Part shown: positions 50,384-63,858 of the stretch, piece after piece
How the letters are laid out: the number at the start of each line of letters is the position of its first letter
Position numbering within the stretch: position 1 is the stretch's first letter
Assembly: GCF_006345805.1 (NCBI RefSeq)
Contig: NC_043001.1
Coordinates: forward strand, 109,430,001-109,494,000
Reading direction: 5' to 3'
DNA length: 64,000 bases
Origin: Octopus sinensis
Taxonomy: Eukaryota
Translations under genes and position numbers: made by a program
Notes under the pieces: model-generated
What the model was told of the DNA's origin: nothing
The model's database searches: none
The model's input: only the letters and a program-made list of their open reading frames with translations

Positions 50384-50647
50384 GCCTTTGCACAGCTTCT
50401 AACGCTGCAGATCTACTACAGTGTCAGCTGTTTACTACCAGCTCTTTTACTAACACCTCTTATTTTTACTGTTTACTAACACCTCTTATTTTTCGAGCAC
50501 CTTCCGGACTATTCGAGCGGTTCCAAGCAGTGCTGTTTTCTGCATGTGCTCCACCCTTATTGCAGCCCCTATTTGTTCCACGTACTTCTCGAGATTTTTT
50601 GCTCACTGTTCCCAGGGTTCCGACAATTATTGGTACTACTGCTACTT
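50384..50647 (-). mobile_element. 3' end of a second, divergent R4/Dong subfamily
   Basis: VAVVPIIVGTLGTV...EHMQKTALLGTARIVRKVLEK* (stop 50486-50488) aligns with the C-terminus of the 11168-12092 element; (TAA)n tail; different 3' UTR. Confidence 0.8.
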
Positions 50648-53336
50648 ATATAGGGAAATAATTGTAACTTAATGATGTTAAGGTAGTCATCAATAAAATA
50701 CAAGTATTTTGGACTTAGTCATACATTTTGTAGGCATTAAATAAATGCATTTTATAGGTAATGTATTAGAAAATAAGATGCGATTTCTGGAAGTTGTGAA
50801 TTCTTGTAGAGAATATAAAACATCTGCAGTTCAAAGGCCATGACATTCTTTAACAAATGTTGTGTTATTAAATTCTAAAAGATTTCTTCACTTTTGCTTC
50901 GTTTATTTCATCCTATTATTTATTTATTTTTTGTGCATCACACCTTTAAATATTTGTAATTACATGTAGTCATTTACAAATTTTCAATCAATTTAGTGAT
51001 ATGTTCGTCTTTTATTTCAAACAAAACTTTCTGTGTGCTTAGGTGCTCTTGTTCGCAAAATTAACGATTTGTTATTACTTTCAGTTTCCCAATTAATGGA
51101 AGTGAACTGAAGATCAGAATATTATAATGACACGTTGTAAGAATAATATGAAGACAATGGTTTAGTAATTCCGTTTATATATAATTCTAAACAATTACAT
51201 AACGACTGTTATGGTTTCCGAAAGCAATTACCTTACACGCAAACATTTTGAAAATGGAGGAAAACTTCATGCCCGACTGCAATTTGAGATTTAGAAAAAT
51301 CAAGTATGGCGTAAATTCATCAAAAATATATACCCTCTGGTGATGATTTAAAAAAGATAACAGATAGTTTCCGCCATGTGCGAAGGATTGTTTTCGTCAC
51401 TTTGTTTTTTTATTCTTTATAGTTCCGAGAGTCATTAAAAAGAATGTCTAAAATGCGTAGTTGTGCTGTAAAAATTACTTACAAAGGCGTAAATATTTAT
51501 AGAAAAATAAATTACAATTAGTTCATTTACCATGAGGTATCATTAGCGTAATAATCTCTTATACTCATGTGAAAATGTGTACAGGTTAATTACAGCAGTC
51601 GTATGAAGAGACAAGAACAGACATCAAAAGAAACACGCAACTAATTTCGTTTCGAGGGGGTCATGGTTTTTAGAATTTCCCCGCCTAACTATTTATAATC
51701 GACGCTTATTCATAAACATTTGTAACTACATTGGATATAAATAATTCAGTCAGAACATTATTTCCGAATCATATTATAAGAAATGCAGATAGACTGTACT
51801 TTCTGTTATCAATTTAGAGTTACCAAATTAATATAGTATACGAATTCAGAAAAAACATCCACTTATTTTACAATATTACAGTTGAAGACGCTTTAAAAGA
51901 AAAGAGTTGCCTGTAAACCAGAAATATTACGTGAAAAATAAATAACCAAGAAATATGTTTTACGCAAAGAAATTTCGAAGTGCAAAATATAACAGCTAAT
52001 TAAGAGCTGTAGTAGGATATTGAAATTAGCACAACTAGGGTTTAGATTAAACAGCCACTCGAAGCAATCATGAAATTACACACAAGTGCCATTAAAGCAA
52101 TGAGTGAAAAGTACGAATGCAAATAAAAACAAATTTTCTCAACCGGATATTGTTTTATTGCATGTGTGGGACGCTACACCTGATATCTATTAAATTCGTT
52201 GGTTGCGAAGACTACTTGTTTAGAGTGCAGTCCCACGGAGAAGGAGTGAACAAATTATTTTATGTATGTTTTTTTAAAGTCTGGTGTAAATGATTCAGTG
52301 TGAAAGTAAGACGTGGGTTTGTGATAGGTGTGCCGGCTCATATAACTACCTTACTTCTAATGAAAGAATTACCCGCAGTTCTTACAATAAAGCAGATAAA
52401 AGTCTCCAGTGCTGGAGTTGTTTGAATTTTGTGTAAGAATGACATACATTATTGTGCGGATTTATATTTTTATATAATTTCTATTGGAGAAACTATAGCT
52501 GTTTATCCTCAAATTCATATTTTCTTCCCTGCAATATTTTAGGACTTAGTTATATAATCTCATTTCAGATTTTTCAGATCATATCAAATATTGTATAGCA
52601 ATACAGAACAATAAAACCATCCGCAATACTAGCTAAGATGCTGAAGAAATTATAAATTTACTGAACAACTTAAATACCACACTTCAGTGTTACAAGGCAA
52701 ATAATATTTAAGAATAAAAAAAAAGATAGACACAGTTTCTCCCTCGGGGTTCAAACTGCTGCTTTCTACAATAATACAACAGAAAGGAAGTTGTGTCAAG
52801 ACATAAATATACATACAGTGTACACCCGATATGAGAATTATATATATTCGTTGTAATACAAAGCTTCGAACATTTAGAGAAATTATAGGACCTGGAGACC
52901 AGAGCAATAGAATTTACAAATCCAGAAATGTACAAAGAGTCTCCATTTTTTGCATAAATATTCAGAGAGAGAAAAATAGATACATCATAACCGTTTACAC
53001 TAAAGGCACAAATAACTTTATATATTTACAAAGAGACAATATTGATACATATATAAAATTTTAGTTGTGAAATTGTTGCTTAAAGAGTATTTCGAGGTCC
53101 CTTACACGAAGCAGTAGATAAAGAAATCATTGGAAGAAAATTAATACTAACCATCATTGTGCATTCTTACAAACTAATGTAGTAAGACTTAGGAGGAAAT
53201 ATACTTCAGTAAATACACCAGGTACAACAACTATTGAAAACACACAAACTATTCACAAAATGTTGAATGTATATTAATGAGAGAATAAATGAATACATTG
53301 GAAAAGACAACATAAAATGCCAGGCAATAGATACTA

Positions 53337-54325
53337 TCAGGTCATCCCATAAGTTCTGTCCGATTTTACCTTTTTTATAATTGAATGAATTTAATAGTAT
53401 TTTAGAATGTCTAATGGAATTAAAAAATATTTTTATGCATTTGTGTACATTTAAACTAATTAAATATTATTTTACAGAAAAATAGAATTAAAATTTCTTT
53501 GATTAAAGCCTTTTTCTAACATGGAAGTATCCAAAGAGCATTTGAGGTGCATACTGCTTTATGAGTACAAAAATAGAAAGTCTGCAATCGAAGCGACTCG
53601 AAACATACACTCAGTTTATGGGAAAGAATGTTTGAATGAAAGAACTTGCAGAAGAGGGTTTGCAAAATTCAGAAGTGGAGATTTCAGCCTTGAAGATGAA
53701 GATCGAACAGGATGTCCAGTTGAGTTTGATGATAAGCTCCTTGAGGCATTACTTGAAGAGAATCCTACATTATCAGTTGAAGAATTGGAAATAAAGCATG
53801 GCTCAAACCATACAACACTTCACGGTCATCTTCAACAACTTGGAAAGGTTCATAAACTTGGAAAATGGATACTTCATGAATTGTCCGAAAGCAACCGCAA
53901 ATCCCGAGTTGACATCTGCTCTTCTCTCCATTCCCGCGAACTTATTTCACCCATTTTGGATAGACTTGTGACTGGTGACAAAAAATGGATCTTCTATCGA
54001 AATATTAAACGTCGTAAACAGTGGCTTGGTAAAAGTGAAAAAGCTCAACCACAACCGTGAAGGGAACTTCATGAGGTTCTTCTCTCTATCTGGTGGGATT
54101 GCAAAGGAGTAATGCACTTTGAATTGTTACCACCTAATGCAATAATCAATGCTCAAGTCTACAGTCAGCAATTAGAGTGTTTGAACAAAGCTTTGAGGAA
54201 AAAAAGACCCGCTTTAGTGAATCGAAAAGAGGACAATGCGTGACCCCACACTGCACAAATTACATCACAGAAGATCAAAGAGCTTGGTTGGGAAAAATTC
54301 CTCATCCACCTTATTCTCCCGACCT
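53337..54325 (+). mobile_element. Mariner transposon, 5' TIR + transposase, premature stop, truncated at the YSPDL motif
   Basis: TA|tcaggtcatcccataagttctgtccg TIR; ORF 53521-54060 with HTH, GKWILHEL, VTGDKKW; continues WWDCKG, DNA.PHTA, ccttattctcccgacct. Confidence 0.92.
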
Positions 54326-54764
54326 CGGCAGAATTTGAACTCAGAACGTAACGGCAGACGAAATACTGCTAAGCATTTCACCTGGCGTGCTAACGTTTCT
54401 GCCAGATCGCCGCCTCAGAGCATGAAAATATTAACATCTGACTGTTAGAGTTTAAATTTAAAGCCGAAATTTAAATCTTCGTGGTAAAATCTACAGGGAT
54501 ACGAGTCACTTTCTCAAAGGTAATATCACCACCACCAATATAACGTCGTCCTGAAGATGAAGTTACGTATGTCCAGGAACATAAATGAATTGTGTCATGG
54601 GTTTGTTAATCTAAACGAGCAGTAAGAACTCATTTGAAAATATATATAATATATATAAGAAAAAGTCTTTTAAAAACTTAGAACACAGGAGTACTCAATA
54701 CATATCTACAGGTAAAGCTGTTTCTTGTCAGGACGACGAGATAATTGCATTGTTTTAAATAAAT

Positions 54765-54894
<130 letters not shown>

Positions 54895-55059
54895 CAGCCG
54901 ACATTGCGAGGATATTTTGGTGATTGACCGAGGAAAGAAAACTTCGAATGACTCGTTCTTGTTTTCTTTGTATCGTATATCTGGATGTCTTGTTTCCCTT
55001 TTTGCATCACCTAGCTGTCCGGATGTTTTGCATTTTTGCGTTCTTGTCCCATTTCGTAT
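54895..55059 (+). mobile_element. 5'-truncated copy of the permuted-HHR repeat (degenerate core)
   Basis: cagccGACAttgcgaggat...ttgaCCGAGGAaagaaaacttcgaatg; tail homologous to 46870-46980; (AT)n on both sides. Confidence 0.65.
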
Positions 55060-55173
55060 TATATATATATATATATAGTTAATCCAAACAAGAAAACACA
55101 AAATCACAACAACGCGAGGACGTGGAACAAATATAGTATTATTGGACGCTTAGGAAAGAAGGGAAGAAGGGGG

Positions 55174-55208
55174 GTTTAACGTTTCGAGCGGAGCTCTTCG
55201 TCGGAAAC
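55174..55208 (-). ncRNA. Minimal HHR variant in PLE-like terminal fragment 55075-55280
   Basis: gttt-CCGACGA-A-GAG ctccg CTC-GAA-ACGT-T-aaac. Confidence 0.5.
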
Positions 55209-57996
55209 ATAGGAGAAGGAAAGATCCAGAGAAGGGAAGACATAGGAAAAAATCGCCAACGGTACATACGAGGACACATTTATATATATATATATATGTG
55301 TTTGTATATATACTTATATATATGTATAGGCATATGTATAACTCGCTCACGGCAACCATAAACAATATACATATCATTTTGCAATTTCCTGTCATTCTTC
55401 TGCTCGCGTTTCTTGAACCAGCAGCGTGGCGTATTAATTCGAATTCGTTATACCACTGGCACTTCATAGCAGCATAAAAGGAAGACATTCGTTTAGGATC
55501 TGTTATAAATTGCGTACAGTTTCAATTTCAGATACCACAAGCGATTATGACCCACGTTCTACCGATTCTGAAATCTTTCGCCATTTCTTTATATCTATAG
55601 ACGAATATAACCATCAAATGTATTTATCATGTTGATAATGTGGAGTAAATTGCCGATCTGGCGTGGTTCTAACAAACTAACTTTTGTAAATGCATAAATC
55701 TAAATCTCCAGGCGAATTTTTTTAAACATTTTTGCTCCGCTGATGTTTCTATATGTAACATTAATCAAAATAACCAAATTACGGGTGTTTATTGTTTTGT
55801 CTTCTTTCCAGACAAATAAGTACACACAACGAATTTCATAATTATCTTTAGATAGTTTACTGGGAATAAATTCTGTTTACCATTGTGCTACAGAGCTTTA
55901 CATGTCAATAGTAATACCAAACAATTGTAAAGTATTGTTCGATATGACACAGATCCTTTGATACCACATTCAACTATTTAATTAATCATTAAAAGCGATA
56001 AATTGATTAATAATGATATTTACTTTGTAAATAAAGACGTAGAGTGTTATATTACATATATGATACTAGAAAACAAGAAGGAAGCATTTCCCAAGTGATC
56101 TAAGGTTATATGTCAATGGAAGTAAAGTAGATTATTGTGAATTTCAGCCTTGGCACAACCAGTGAGGTGTTCTGTGATGAATGGCGGGTTTGGTAGAAAT
56201 CGTAAACCAACATTCCCTGTGTCACAGTATAATGGTCTGAAAATCATTAAGATACGCCGAATAACATCATAGCTGTGCTCACTGTATTATGTTTTGCGAG
56301 AACTTGGGATTCATTCCATTTTTTAATTCTTACACAATTAATTATGGAAGGTTGCGTTCACAGGATGGCAAAGAATTATCCAGTATCTGAAGATTATAAT
56401 TCTTCCTTCTGCTATATAACCTATACAGCCACCCCTGCGATAGGTGAAAATCAACGACGTAGAAACAGTATTGTATATTTTTTTAATTATTTTTATAATT
56501 TGTATATATTTATTTTATTATAAATGCAAAACAACACCACAGAGGAATCGACGTAGGTTTAAAAAATAAACCGCGATATGGCGAGGGATTACTATATATC
56601 ATTATATAGCATTTAATTTTTGAAGTTGTCTACACCTCCTATCTTTAAATAGGTACTACTGGTTAGTGTATTAACAAATCGTCATTCGAGGCCGCATCAG
56701 TCCTGCCCATGTAACAGAAGTTTCGGTAGAGTACATTGCCAAGTACAATTTCTCTTTTCGTGAAGTTTACCTGCGGTACACCAGTCATAAGGTACATTTC
56801 TTTCCTCACATGATTGCTACAAAAACTGAAGACAGGAAGAACCAAAGTACGTCGATGTTTTTCACAAATTATATTAACGCTACGTCAACCCAGATAGCAG
56901 GATGACAAATGGAATCGTGATAGTTTATCTCTCTCCAGATATTTTCTGCTGTAATTATGGCGGCTAACTTGTTGACATTTTTTATTTCTGCTTAAATACA
57001 ACCAACACCATGCATGGTTTCAATCACATGGCATCATTGCGGTTGAACTGATGCATAAAATGTATCTTGTTCAGATTAATCCTTGCGTCAAAAGTAGATA
57101 TAATAAAAGATAAAGTTTTAAAGTTTGGTTTAGAGATTATCTTTCTTTTTTTTTTCTCAATGAAGTATCGCGAAATTCGCATGTTAAATGCCATTTTTTT
57201 TATCTTTGCAAGAAAAATTCTTGCCTCTCAGGCAACACTAGAAGGTAGAGAAGATGCGGAGAGCAAAGTAGAGACAGTGAGGGAGAGACAGAAAGAGAGG
57301 ATTAAAGGGGAAGAGACAGAGATAGGGAAGAAAAGAAATTGGAAAAAGCAAAATATGATGTTTATAGTAGCTTAAAACTAAAGTTGAAAAATGTTAAAAA
57401 AAGGTTTGTTGAAGTTATTAAATTTTGAAAATGAATTTAATACGATTATTAAAGTCACAGATAAAGTATTGTTCCTCAAAAATCACTTCTTAATTCTTTC
57501 AAAATATACCATTTAACAAAACCTGAGAAAACAAAATACTTTTATTATCCCTAATTCTAAATACTGAAACTAGCTGCATGAACTAAAATAAGCAGCATCA
57601 AACGAATTTAGCAAAGACAGCATTCCCTGTTATTTTTAAAAGTTTGATAATCCTACGGAGTTTTATAAATTCTACGCTAATTGGTCTTAAATTGAAGGCC
57701 GTTTTTCTACATTAATTTTAGAATAAATTAGCAAGTACATCACGGTATCTACTCACGCTAGCCAACAATTGATGTCATAATATATTTTGCATATCAGCGG
57801 AGATTGCAAAATATTAATGAATAATCCATGGAACCTCATAAATAAATTATCAACTATACGCCATGACAGTGCCGTAGTTACAAATATAATCATTCATAAA
57901 TCAACACGGTTTGCTATCAATCATATGTCATGTTTACTTCTTGTGATATCCTCTACCTATATATGCATATATATATATATATATATAATATATATA

Positions 57997-58042
<46 letters not shown>

Positions 58043-59194
58043 TATATACATATATATCAGTTACATATATGCATGTCTACCTATCTATCTATCTATCTAT
58101 CTATATATCTAATATATATACATACATATATGTATGTGTGTATGTGTATATATATATATATATAATATATATATATATGTATATATATATATTTACATAT
58201 ACATATTTAAGCCTTTATTTGAGTAGTAAGCATAAAATACAATTTACTTAACACTAATAACATACAACTTGTGCTTATAATCCAGTCAGTTTCACATAAG
58301 TGGAAAACGAAATAATAGTTACGTTTATGTGTTCGTTTTGGAAGATTCTTGATGTGAACTCGTGTGTTGAAATAGATATTGTTGTATTTGGAGGTGGTCA
58401 TGTTACCAATTTATCCAATAAAAACACACGCGCTATATAGAAAGAACAGTGTCCGTTCTCTAAATGAGTTATTAGAAACCATGGTGCATATATATATATA
58501 TTATATATTATATATATATATATATATATACATGTGTGTGTGTGTGCGTGATGTGTGTATGGTGTTGTATATATATATACTATGTAGTATATATATGTAT
58601 ATATATAAGCATTTATATATATATATATATATATACATATATATTTATATGCATTCTCACTTCATAAACATCCATAAACATTAAGCATACACGTATACAA
58701 ATGCGCACACAAAGGCACAAATACATACATATATGTATGTATGTCTGTACGTACGTACGAATGTATGTATGTAAGTATGTATGTATGTATGTATGGATGG
58801 ATGGATGGATGGATGGAAAGATGGATGGAAGGATGGACGGATGGATGGATATGTAGAGTAACCGTAGTAATAACATTAATTTGGCAAAACTTAGGGAGAA
58901 GCAATATATTTAATAAATTATTAGTTCTAAGTGTTTTCTTCCCAGTTGAAAGAAACTCTAGAAAAGATGCTGAGTTCACTGAGCATTTCTCTTATATCTG
59001 GAGTAGATAAACAGCCGACAGCTATTGAATGGTCGTTCGTTATGTTACTTGTCTTGTTTTCAATTGTTTCTCTCCGTCTTCGCCAAAAAAGTTTGTCTTC
59101 GTATTTCATGTTTTGTTTCTCATATTTCATGTTTACTTTTTGTGATATCCTGTACCTATATATGCATATATATATATATATATATTACATATAC

Positions 59195-59255
<61 letters not shown>

Positions 59256-59287
59256 ATATATATCAGTACATATATGTAGGTCTAATA

Positions 59288-59342
<55 letters not shown>

Positions 59343-59526
59343 GATCTATCTATCTAATCTATCTCTCTATCTCTCTCTATATATATATATATACATACAT
59401 TTATGTATGTGTGTATGTGTATATATATAATATATATATATTTACATCTACATATATACATATATACACATATATATATATCAGTACATATATGTATGTA
59501 TATCTATCTATCTATCTATCTATCCA

Positions 59527-59574
<48 letters not shown>

Positions 59575-59577
<3 letters not shown>

Positions 59578-60005
59578 AGTAAAAATATACAGACATGGAC
59601 AAGAACATGAAACACCAAAGAGACGACACAGAACCACAGGACGGGACATTCGAAGCCTCAGTCATCAGTCAAGAACCAGATCATCTTCGCAATTTCGGCT
59701 GAGTAATCTTGAGATTGCTCCGATCTGGGCAGCCCCCAAAGGAAAATCTAAGCCAAGCGCTTAGATCCCTGGAGAAAGCTTCGAATGTATACAACACGAG
59801 GACGGAAAATGAACGAAGTACACGAACAAATACAGAATACGTGACAACAATAAGGAAAGCACGAATAAGAATACAAAAACGTAAAAACAATAACGGTAAA
59901 GATAAAAAACAAAACAAAACCAGGACGTAGGACAAGGGTCTTTCGACAGGACGAGTTGAGTTGGGGCTGGCTTATGGAGTAGTGCCTAATGGCCGCAGGG
60001 AGACG
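59575..60005 (-). mobile_element. PLE-like terminal repeat carrying a permuted HHR-like motif
   Basis: Homologous to 46510-46980; (AT)n-anchored. Confidence 0.6.
59662..59734 (-). ncRNA. Non-circularly permuted hammerhead-like motif (best-paired copy)
   Basis: GGCTG/CAGCC (II), CCAGATC/GATCTGG (extra), GCAAT/ATTGC (III), C17 at 59713, TCAAGA/TCTTGA (I), GAAA 59696-59693, CTGATGA 59668-59662. Confidence 0.8.
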
Positions 60006-61023
60006 AATACATACATATATGTGTGTGTATGTGTATATTATATATATATATATCTGTGTGTGTGTTGTTGAATATGAGTGTGTATGTATGTATACGTATA
60101 TTATATTGAAAGCGTTAAGAGGTTTGAAAACGTTTTACATGAGTAGGTTTATATTAGAAAGCGAAAAGTGGAAAATGCTTTGAAACATTATGATGGATAA
60201 AAGTACAAACGTACTTTAATATTCAGCAATTTGTGCTACGAGTGACAATCACTTAAATAGACATTTTTTGGGAAACTGAAATAAAAGGGGAAATATATTG
60301 ACACGAATTTATCTTGCGTGCCAAAAATTCCCTAAGTTCATATGATTTTTTTACAATAATCACATAGCGGTCAAATTTCGTTTTGTTCCGATTGTTGCTC
60401 TATCGTAGTAGTTACAGGAGTAGGAGGAGTGTTTCTGAGTTGTAGTAGCAGCAACAAGATTAACTCTTTATTGATGTAGTGGCTATGGTTGCCTTACTCT
60501 AGCACGTAGCTGTACATGTAATGGCGGCTTCTGCAAAAACTGTAGCAATGTTGGCCGTAGTTGTCTCCCTTTTTCTTCCACAGGTATTTTTGAAGTGGTC
60601 GGTATTTAGTTATGAAGGGTGCATTTTGTTATTGGGTTGCTGTTCTGTTGTGTGGACGTTAAATTCATATAAGCGGAGAAAAAATGCAGCATTTTTTTCC
60701 CGAAAAGGTGATGGATGTGTGAATTGGTACTGGAGCATGCGCAATGTGTTACGTAATTTACTTCTCTTCCTCTAAAGTTTTGTTTCGAAATTTCTCATTA
60801 AAATTGTTCCAAACACTAGAGAATTTATATCTCAGGAAAGTGTCAGAAGTAAGCAAATATATAATGAATAAAATTAAGATAGTTTCTGTGAATTAATGAA
60901 TTAATAAACACAGATAGCCATAAATTTACAGACGCCGAAAAAAATAATTTGGAAAGATTTCAAGTTGAATATATACGTAAAAAATATATAATTTCGAATT
61001 CCTATGTGCCTGATCGAATACTG

Positions 61024-61092
<69 letters not shown>

Positions 61093-61684
61093 TAAACACA
61101 CGCATACACACATGTCTAAAGGCAAAATTAATAGAGTTGGTAAAAGTAACACACTTAGTGACAGAGCTGGAAAAGTTTGAAAAATCCAAACCACTAAAAG
61201 ATGAACTTCTACGAACGTGTGCAATGAAGGAAGTAATTGTCATCTTAGTAGCTGGGAGCCTTAACAATTAGATTTGGCAAATTGGAGTGACATGAGATTA
61301 GGACATGCTCAAAACCTGCTTTATTGGAGACAGTGAGGATTTTGGAATTGGTACTTGGGTGTTAAGTATCTTGGAAAGAGATCCTGTGATGCCTTTCTCA
61401 GCAAGTTCTTGTCCGCTCTTATAAATTTACCGGAGCGAGTGAAGTCATGACCTCTGAAGAGTGAAATGGAAATAATAATAATAATAATAATTGTTACTTT
61501 TAATTATTTACTCATTAATTTATTTGTTAATGATAATGATAACAACATAATTCAAGGTTAAAATGAGAATGCGTACTTTGGAATAATATCAGGAGAAAAA
61601 ACTTTTTTGAAAATGGAGAGTACAAAACTTGTGTATGCTAGAGACAAATGCAACGATATCCGAGAGAAATTTTGCCGATAAACT

Positions 61685-62078
61685 CTTACTCTTGTACTTG
61701 TTTCAGTCATTTGACCGCGGCCATGCTGGAGCACCACCTTTAGTCGAGCAAATCGATCCCAAGATAATTCTTTGTAAGAATAGTACTTATTTTATCGGTC
61801 TCTTTTGCCGAACTGCTAAGTTACAGGTACATAAACACACCAGCATCGGTTGTCAAGCAATGTTGGGGTGGGGGACAAACACAGACACACAAACACTCAC
61901 ACACATATATATATATATATATATACAACTATACATATACATATATTCGACGGGCTTCTTTCAGTTTCCGCCTACGAAATCCACTCACAAGGAATTGGTC
62001 GGCTCGAGGCATGGTGCCACGCAGTGGGACTGAACCCGGAACCATGTTCTTGGTAAGCAAGCTACTTGCCACACATGC
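61685..62078 (-). mobile_element. SINE family A
   Basis: Tail and head both match the family A consensus. Confidence 0.85.
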
Positions 62079-62608
62079 TACATATCTGTACACATCAGCA
62101 AAGTGTTAATATTTTATATTATATTTTGTTCTTACAAAAGCATAACACTGAAACTACATTAAAATCCTCGTGCAGAAACAATCTGGGGAGAATCAAAACA
62201 GAAATAATCTAAACATGAGACTGAATCGCAATGTATTTAATATAAGATACATTCTGAAAACGAGACGAATACCAAGAGTGGCCCAGGCCGGTGGGGCTTG
62301 CATAATCATTAGAACGCTGAACTGATCGTCAGTATGTCTTCTGGCATTTTATGGTCAAATACCGAGTACGAAATTGACTTTCATTCTTTCGGGATTGGTA
62401 CAAAAAAAAAATAAAGTAAACATTTAATATTTGGTTTCTGAAGCCAGTATACTCGACATGTCTTTAAAATTGGCGGCGTTGTGCTCAAATTAGAAAGAGT
62501 TATATTTCGTTCTAAAATGAGCATACAGAACAGAATGCAGTTGCTGTAGAGTTCCAGTTCATTTTGTCTCATTTTGTCTTATTGTATATGTGTGTGTGTA
62601 TATATATA

Positions 62609-63020
62609 GGCGCAGGAGTGGCTGTGTGGTAAGTAGCTTGCTAACCAACCACATGGTTCCGGGTTCAGTCCCACTGCGTGGCATCTTGGGCAAGTGTCTT
62701 CTGCTATAGCCCCGGGCCGACCAATGCATTGTGAGTGGATTTGGTAGACGGAAACTGAAAGAAGCCTGTCGTATTTATGTATACATATATATATGTGTTG
62801 TGTGTGTGTGTGTGTGTGTGTGTATGTCCCCCTAGCATCGCTTGACAACCGATGCTGGTATGTTTACGTCCCCGTCACTTAACGGTTCGGCAAAAGAGAC
62901 CGATAGAATAAGAACTGGGCTTACAAAGAATAAGTCCCGGGGTCGATTTGCTCGACTAAAGGCGGTGCTCCAGCATGGCCGCAGTCAAATGACTGAAACA
63001 AGTAAAAGAGTAAAAGAGAG
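62609..63020 (+). mobile_element. SINE family A, full length
   Basis: ggcgcaggagtggctgtgtggtaag...ggttccgggttcagtccc...microsatellite...gtaaaagagtaaaagag. Confidence 0.9.
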
Positions 63021-63229
63021 AATAAGAGTATATCCATATACATACATATTACTGCGACTACGCGCTGTATGTATGTGTGTGTGTGTGTGTGATACTTTAT
63101 GATATTTTAATTATTCAGTTTAAATCTTAGATGGTAAATCCTCACCATTTCAATAAACATAGAGGTAAATTACTTCACTTAACAGCACTTAAAGCAATTC
63201 AAATAATCTATGTATGTATCTATCTATCA

Positions 63230-63330
<101 letters not shown>

Positions 63331-63821
63331 ATATATATATATATATAATATATATATATATTATATATATAATATATATATATAATGAATATATGCGTCC
63401 GTTGATAGCATTTAAGAACACACACGAATAAATTATAAATTTTGAAAAATAAATGCTAAATCAAACAAACGTATTACTAAGATGAAACAAATTAAATAAA
63501 ATGATTTAAGGAACCAAAGTTCGTCGCTGAATTTCAGATATCATAAAATCGATTAATGAAGAGATCGCATTAATGAATATTGTGTTTGCGTGATAATTAA
63601 GATCCATAAAACTTTCGGAATTTATTTTTCATATCACTTGCGTAGTATTTTTATTATTTTCTAAATGCATCGAAAATTGAACTATTAATAATGGTTTCAT
63701 AATTTAACATGCACACATGAACCACATTTACGCGGTCGGATACACATTCATGTGTATGAATATATGTTTACAGGTATGTATATATATACATATATTTATT
63801 TTCCTATTTGTTTAGCTGTGT

Positions 63822-63858
<37 letters not shown>

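Noticed and set aside
52160-52240. TGTGGGAC/GTCCCAC inverted repeat
   Set aside because: Single 7-8 bp stem with no snoRNA, Helitron or miRNA features
56663-56845. Short minus-strand ORF with acceptor- and donor-like sites
   Set aside because: About 55-nt candidate exon, no homolog recognised, within chance expectation
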